Assembly (NCBI GenBank): GCA_010356995.1
Contig: ML996701.1
Coordinates: forward strand, 186,001-250,000
Length of the DNA: 64,000 bases
Source: Trichodelitschia bisporula
Lineage: Eukaryota
Reading direction: 5' to 3'
Shown: piece after piece, positions 58,191 through 64,000 of the stretch
Layout of the letters: each line of letters starts with the position of its first letter
Numbering within the stretch: the first letter of the stretch is position 1
Made by a program: the position numbers and the translations under genes
The notes under the pieces: generated by a model
Database searches by the model: none
Seen by the model: the letters and a program-made list of their open reading frames with translations, nothing else
Told to the model about the DNA's origin: nothing

Positions 58191-61100
58191 ATGGCATCTT
58201 CAAGCGCCGCATCCGGCACCCAAGGTCCCGACCACGACCCAGTCCATCAGCCAGACGCCGAACCTGATCTAATGAACGACCCTGCCTTTGCCGTAAACGC
58301 ATCAGACGCTCTCCGTGGACCAGATGATGTTGATACTTGCCGCATATGCAGAGGAGAGGGCACCAGGATGGAGCCGCTGTTCTACCCATGCAAATGCAGC
58401 GGGAGCATCAAGTTTGTGCACCAAAACTGCCTCATGGAATGGCTTTCGCATTCTCAAAAGAAACATTGCGAGCTCTGCAAGACTCCTTTCCGCTTCACCA
58501 AGCTCTACCACGCCAACATGCCGAAGACCCTACCTACGGCGATATTTATCCGTAGAGCGCTACTGCACCTCTTGTCACACCTTACAATATGGCTGCGTGG
58601 CCTCCTCGTCTTTTCTGCCTGGGTGGTATGTTTACCATGGTGCATGCGATACGCATGGCGCATCCTCTTTTGGTTTGGCGATGCTGGGTGGGCAAGGGAC
58701 TATACTCTCCCGTCTCCTTTTAACGGCTCGGGTATCTTAGCTCCATCGGCCACTGAAGCGTTGCCTCTGCCAGTGTCAAATGTGACCAATGTCACGGTAC
58801 CGAAACTCCTTCAGATACATTCCCAAACGCTCAATCTCAGTCATACCGAACCGATGATGTACCGATTTGTCAAGACAATCATCACGCACTTGGCTGAGCA
58901 CTTCAAACGACTGGACTTTCCCGAGTCCCCAAACTCAAACTCCACTACCAGCCAGAGCTTCGTTGACATGGCGCATCAAAGGCAGTCGTCAATCCTCTCC
59001 GAGGTACCGCTATTAAAATCTCTGACGCGCTCGGTGACCTTCAACCGGGTAGTCATCGACATTCTCGAAGGGTTAATAATCACGCTCTCTGTCGTTGTCG
59101 CCTTCATCTTGATATTTCTCATCCGAGAGTGGGTTGTCCAACAGCAACCTGTCGCCGACATGGCAGCTGGTGATGCGGATCATGCCTTAGCCCAAGCGGG
59201 CGGACAGGTTCACGATTCTGATGAAGAAGGAGATGTCAGCGATGATGATGGTGGTGAGTCAGGCTCTGAGGAAGATGATAGTGATTCGTCCACGGAGCAT
59301 TCCGACGCTAGCCAACCTGCGGAGGAGAACGCACCGCATGATTCTGAGATGGACAGTATAGCCGCCCAGGCCCCTTCCACCGCAGATAGGAGCTCGCCTA
59401 AGCCTTCGGAGTGGACATCCACGGATTCATCTCCACCCAGCCCGCGTCCATCCATGCCAGCTCGAGACGTATCCTCAAAGGCCACCGAAATCAGGAGGGA
59501 GCTGGACGAGATGCTAGAGGAAGGAAGAGAAGCGCTCGAGGATGACAGGCATCAACTTCGTGAAGCACGCACGGAATATGAAGCAATACGGGAAGAGATG
59601 ATCAAGCAGCTTGATGAGGAGATTGAGATCGCAAATCTTCGGGCGCGTGATGATCGGTCAGAAGCTGAAGGAGAGCAATTCTCTACAAACAGTACAGAGA
59701 GCTGGCAAAGCGTTGCTGACCCCTCAACCGAGTTTTACGAGCCAGCGACACGAGAGGGCCAACAGGAATGTCAACGTGATCCACAAGGGAAAGGCAAATC
59801 GCCAGTCTACTATCCCCTCGACGAGTCTTCTAGGTTGGAGCACGGCGAATCTAGCGGGCAGCCTGTTGTTCTGCAATCCGATGACAGACAGGAAACCTCT
59901 CCCCGAGGAACTGTGGAAGAGGAACATGTCGACGTGAATGACGAAATTGCTCTCCACATCCAGCGTGCTGCGGAAAACTCAGCGTCAGAGCAAGCGGCAG
60001 AACCCGTGACACCTACTGTTCAAGGACCACCTGTCAACAGACCACTCTTCGAGCGCTTGGCCGATTGGTTCTGGGGCGACATCGCCCCTGAACCAGCCAT
60101 CGGTCTGCCAGCCGATGGCGAAAATGACGGGCATATTGTCGAGAACCCCGAGAACGAGGCGCCATTTGTCCCCTTCGCGCAAGCACGGCCCATCCTAGCT
60201 CGCGATCAGCGTCCGGAGTTAGCTCAAGAGCCGCAGGCAGAAGCGTTCGCAGCACAGCCTGCCCTCGAAGGCAACGATCAAGACGCCATTGATGACGCTG
60301 AGGACCTGGAAGGAATTCTGGAGCTAATTGGCATGCAAGGTCCTATCACCGGCTTGTTGCAGTATGTACTGTTCAGCGCCGTTCTGATCTTTGCCAGTGT
60401 TGTGGCTGCCGTATTCTTCCCTTACATCTCGGGCAAGATAGTTCTCATTTGCGTCGGTTCGCCCGCACTGCTCTACAGGGTTCCATTAGTGCTTGCTTCG
60501 ACGCTTGCCGATGCCACAATCGACACCCTTTTAATTATCGGAGGCTACGTCACCTTTGGATTTCTCGAACTTCTCCGGTATGCCTCCACTAAGCTTCCTG
60601 TGGCTGCGATTTCCAACCAAGCCTCGGAGTCGGTTGCAATCCCAGCCAAAAATGAGGCTACTGCTGCATTGTATCGACTGGGGAAGCTCTTTTATGCCAC
60701 TACAACTGCCGATCCAATGGACTTTCTCCGCTTTTCAATGGCCTGTCACCAGTCTTTACGCTGGATGAAGTCTGGGTTGAAGTCTGGAATATACCTTCTG
60801 GCCGAGAACGTCGTCAGTCTAACTGGTGGCTCTATTGCCACATGGGAATCTTTGGCAACGGGCTTCACTCAAAGGTTATCCACCATCTCGGCGACCCTCT
60901 TTGACGATGTCCCAGCCTTTCTCATCAAACTTTTTACCACTGGGGCCGTGTCGATCAACATGAGCCCTCGCATCGAACTTCAGCAAGACCCATCACTGGC
61001 GTACTGGAGCGCAGGTGACCGGACCCTCACGGTAATTCTTGGTTATACGTGCTTTGCTATCCTAGGTATCGTATATCTGACCAAACTCGCGCCTCTCACA

Positions 61101-62960
61101 TCCTCTAGGAGTGGTCAGCAGGTGGAGGGCGTCATTGTCGACCTTCTCCAACAGGCAGGTGGAGTGCTTAAGGTTATTTTGATCATCAGCATCGAGATGA
61201 TAGCATTCCCACTTTTCTGCGGACTGCTCCTGGATCTGGCTCTCATGCCACTTTTCGAGGGTGCCACCGTTGCATCGAGAATCAGCTTCACCATTGCGTC
61301 GCCATGGACGTCAGGCTTCGTTCATTGGTTCGTCGGAACCTGCTACATGTTCCACTTTGCACTTTTTGTATCGATGTGTAGACGGATCATGAGGACCGGC
61401 GTTCTTTATTTTATCCGGGATCCGGACGACCCGACCTTCCACCCAGTGCGAGATGTCCTGGAGCGCAATGTCATCATTCAGCTCCGTAAGATCGCCTTCA
61501 GTGCTATCGTATACGGAGCATTGATTGTCGTGTGCCTTGGCGGCGTTGTATGGGGCCTGTGGTACTCTTGCGAAGGATTGCTCCCAATCCATTGGAGCTC
61601 CAGCGAATCCGCCTTCGAGTTTCCTCTGGATATACTCTTTTTCAACTTCCTGACACCGGTGATTCTTCGATTTGCACAGCCTACGGACGGCCTGCGTGCC
61701 ATGTACAAATGGTGGTTTCGCAAGTGTGCCCGGGCACTTCGCCTATCAGACTTCCTTTTCGGAATCAAGCGCAAGGATGAGCGGGGTCACAATGTCAGGC
61801 TCACCTGGAAAGCTTGGATTCTGCACCAAAATGGCAACGTGGATAATCCGACTGGCGCAATTCCGGAGGAGAGAAATCATGAAGTGTACTTCGTTCCGGA
61901 CGGAAAGTTTGTTCGTGCGCCTTTTTCAGACCAACTCCGTATTCCGAAAGGTCAGCCGGTCTTCGTCGAGGTCGACAAGAAGAATCACAGGCTGGATGGC
62001 AAGCCAGATGATGAAGGAACACATGCCAGGAACTCTAAGCTGATCACAATGGTCTACATCCCGCCATGGTTCCGTGTCCGGATAGGGTTGTTCGTTCTCG
62101 CGGTCTGGCTGTTCGCCGCTGCCACCGGGATTTCGGTAACAATTGTGCCATTGCTCTTCGGGCGGAAATTATTGACAGCTTTCGTTACGCACACAACCGA
62201 CGTCAACGATATCTACGCATTTTCCCTCGGCATATACGTCCTGGGCGGCACATTGTTTGTTGGATTACGCTACAAGAGCTTGCTCCGTTTTTTCCAACGC
62301 ACCTTGTGGTCGAGGTCGGTGTCACCTAGCCGTGCTCTCACTGCCACCGTCTCCTACGCCAAGCGCGTTGCTTCCGTCGTGTACGTCTACTCGGCATTGG
62401 GAATCGGATTACCGCTGTTGTTGGCTGTGCTTCTTGAGCTTTACGTCTTGATGCCGATCCATGCCGCGTTCGGGCCGGACGAGACACACATCATTCACAT
62501 CATCCAGGACTGGACGCTAGGCATACTTTACGTCCGGATCGGCACTCGACTCTTCCTCTGGAACCCTGAGTCACGGGCGGGACGGGCAGCACAGGCAGTA
62601 GTGCGTGATGGTTACCTCAACCCCAGCGCGAAGCTCGCGACAAGATGCTTCATTTTGCCCTCTCTCCTCGCGTTCTCCGTCCTGGTTGGTGGCCCGTATC
62701 TGGGAGCTTCGCTCCTCAATACCACTTACTTTTCGGGTGCGCCATCCGAGGAGAAAGTCCGGATCATGAGATGGGCTCATCCGTTTGCGCTGGGCATAGT
62801 GCTTGCCTTGTGGATAGGTGTCGTGACGGGTGCAGCAACCGAGAGGTGGAGGCAGAGAATCAAGGACGAGGTGTATCTGATTGGCGAGCGGCTGCACAAT
62901 TTTGGGGAGAAAAGGGCATCTTCAGCGGCACAGCCTGCGCAGTTGAAGTTAAGCATGTAG
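58191..62960 (+). CDS. SSM4: ERAD E3 ubiquitin ligase Doa10/Ssm4 (MARCH6/TEB4 family), 1589 aa
   Basis: N-terminal RING-CH CRICRGE...PLFYPCKCSGSIKFVHQNCLMEWLSHSQKKHCELC; TD domain FPLFCGLLLD...LYFIRDPDDPTFHPVRD; many TM segments; C-terminal YLIGERLHN. Confidence 0.96.
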   Translation: MASSSAASGTQGPDHDPVHQPDAEPDLMNDPAFAVNASDALRGPDDVDTCRICRGEGTRMEPLFYPCKCSGSIKFVHQNCLMEWLSHSQKKHCELCKTPFRFTKLYHANMPKTLPTAIFIRRALLHLLSHLTIWLRGLLVFSAWVVCLPWCMRYAWRILFWFGDAGWARDYTLPSPFNGSGILAPSATEALPLPVSNVTNVTVPKLLQIHSQTLNLSHTEPMMYRFVKTIITHLAEHFKRLDFPESPNSNSTTSQSFVDMAHQRQSSILSEVPLLKSLTRSVTFNRVVIDILEGLIITLSVVVAFILIFLIREWVVQQQPVADMAAGDADHALAQAGGQVHDSDEEGDVSDDDGGESGSEEDDSDSSTEHSDASQPAEENAPHDSEMDSIAAQAPSTADRSSPKPSEWTSTDSSPPSPRPSMPARDVSSKATEIRRELDEMLEEGREALEDDRHQLREARTEYEAIREEMIKQLDEEIEIANLRARDDRSEAEGEQFSTNSTESWQSVADPSTEFYEPATREGQQECQRDPQGKGKSPVYYPLDESSRLEHGESSGQPVVLQSDDRQETSPRGTVEEEHVDVNDEIALHIQRAAENSASEQAAEPVTPTVQGPPVNRPLFERLADWFWGDIAPEPAIGLPADGENDGHIVENPENEAPFVPFAQARPILARDQRPELAQEPQAEAFAAQPALEGNDQDAIDDAEDLEGILELIGMQGPITGLLQYVLFSAVLIFASVVAAVFFPYISGKIVLICVGSPALLYRVPLVLASTLADATIDTLLIIGGYVTFGFLELLRYASTKLPVAAISNQASESVAIPAKNEATAALYRLGKLFYATTTADPMDFLRFSMACHQSLRWMKSGLKSGIYLLAENVVSLTGGSIATWESLATGFTQRLSTISATLFDDVPAFLIKLFTTGAVSINMSPRIELQQDPSLAYWSAGDRTLTVILGYTCFAILGIVYLTKLAPLTSSRSGQQVEGVIVDLLQQAGGVLKVILIISIEMIAFPLFCGLLLDLALMPLFEGATVASRISFTIASPWTSGFVHWFVGTCYMFHFALFVSMCRRIMRTGVLYFIRDPDDPTFHPVRDVLERNVIIQLRKIAFSAIVYGALIVVCLGGVVWGLWYSCEGLLPIHWSSSESAFEFPLDILFFNFLTPVILRFAQPTDGLRAMYKWWFRKCARALRLSDFLFGIKRKDERGHNVRLTWKAWILHQNGNVDNPTGAIPEERNHEVYFVPDGKFVRAPFSDQLRIPKGQPVFVEVDKKNHRLDGKPDDEGTHARNSKLITMVYIPPWFRVRIGLFVLAVWLFAAATGISVTIVPLLFGRKLLTAFVTHTTDVNDIYAFSLGIYVLGGTLFVGLRYKSLLRFFQRTLWSRSVSPSRALTATVSYAKRVASVVYVYSALGIGLPLLLAVLLELYVLMPIHAAFGPDETHIIHIIQDWTLGILYVRIGTRLFLWNPESRAGRAAQAVVRDGYLNPSAKLATRCFILPSLLAFSVLVGGPYLGASLLNTTYFSGAPSEEKVRIMRWAHPFALGIVLALWIGVVTGAATERWRQRIKDEVYLIGERLHNFGEKRASSAAQPAQLKLSM

Positions 62961-63361
62961 TAGGCGTTATCATTGCTCAGGCGTTCATGGCGGTGATCAC
63001 AGGGTTTCTTCCAAGGGTTTCCTCTAGTCTAGAATGCGGTGAGCTGGCGTTGTAGTTGTACAATATCTCGTGATTGCAGACAGACGGCATCTATGATGTA
63101 CAACAGCTGAAGTGCTGGTACACTTTGACATAATATATCGATGCACACAGTATAAGGGTACCAGTTAGTCCAGAAACTGGAAAGCGGAAAATCAGCCATA
63201 ATACCGTGCGGTTCATGCGGCAACGGCGTCAGCAGCGGCAATCCAATTGCCAAGACACAAAATCTTGGCGGTGGCTCAAGGGCTGGGAATTTTCCTTCCG
63301 CCAAACCACCAAGAACTTGGTTCAGCATACCGCCGAAGTATTTCGCAACAAGGCCTCAACA

Positions 63362-64000
63362 ATGAAAAGGAAACTGAATGACAACTATGTGCCGGAGGAG
63401 CAGCTTGAGCTGGCAACTGAAACACCAGATGTCGCTTTTACCGCGCTCGGATTGGATCCCCGCATCCTTAAAGCGATCGTCCGCCAGAAATTCGCGAAGC
63501 CGACTCTGGTTCAGTCGCGAGCCATCCCTCTTGCGCTTGAAGGGAAGGACATCGTAGGTATGGGATACTACATCATTGTTATCACAGTCTCTCTCTAATT
63601 ATTTGCAGCTCGGTCCAAAACTGGCTCAGGAAAGACCGCAGCCTATGTGCTCCCGATTCTCCAGTCTATCCTGAAGCTGAAAGCCAGCCCCACGTACAAG
63701 AAATGCGTATCTGCGCTTATACTCGTTCCCCGACGAGACTTGGCCAACCAAGTGACGAAGACGGTCGAGTCCTTCGCGGCGTTTTGCGCGCAGGACATAC
63801 GGGTGGAGAACCTTACCTGGAAGGAGGACGACAATGTGCAGCGGGCGCGCCTCTCCAACTACCCGGACATCATTGTCGCAACTCCTGGCCGGGCGGCAGT
63901 TCATCTCAACAACTCCGACTTGTCGCTCGAAGGACTTACGCATATTGTTATCGACGAGGCCGATCTAGTGCTCTCTTATGAGTACGGACAGGATCTTGAT
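63362..64000 (+). CDS. DBP9: DEAD-box RNA helicase Dbp9 (5' part; runs off the window)
   Basis: MKRKL start, Q motif [13 protein letters not shown], intron 63558-63608, [23 protein letters not shown]. Confidence 0.85.

Overview
Filamentous-ascomycete (Pezizomycotina-type) genomic DNA with short GT-AG introns and CTAAC/CTGAC branch sites. Two compact housekeeping blocks lie at the ends. Left: PET191, a TGL1-like lipase, the complex I 9.5 kDa subunit, WBP1 and a PLC-like phosphodiesterase. Right: a KDEL-ending She10-like repeat protein, DOA10/SSM4 and the 5' part of DBP9. Between them is an accessory-looking interval. It contains a nested LTR/MITE island at 9.2-10.9 kb (with an 11-nt self-priming site and an inverted-repeat element with a telomere-like core), an F-box-like/TPR gene, an atypical CFEM gene, and an FAD monooxygenase-laccase-acyl-CoA ligase trio. 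It also contains a gene-poor 26.6-37 kb tract with two truncated LINE copies, a solo LTR and a MITE family, a MARVEL-like gene, and a six-exon Q/P-rich protein with a duplicated domain behind about 9 kb of gene-free DNA. No rRNA, tRNA or CRISPR was found. Gene models were spliced by eye and family assignments come from remembered motifs; no searches were run.
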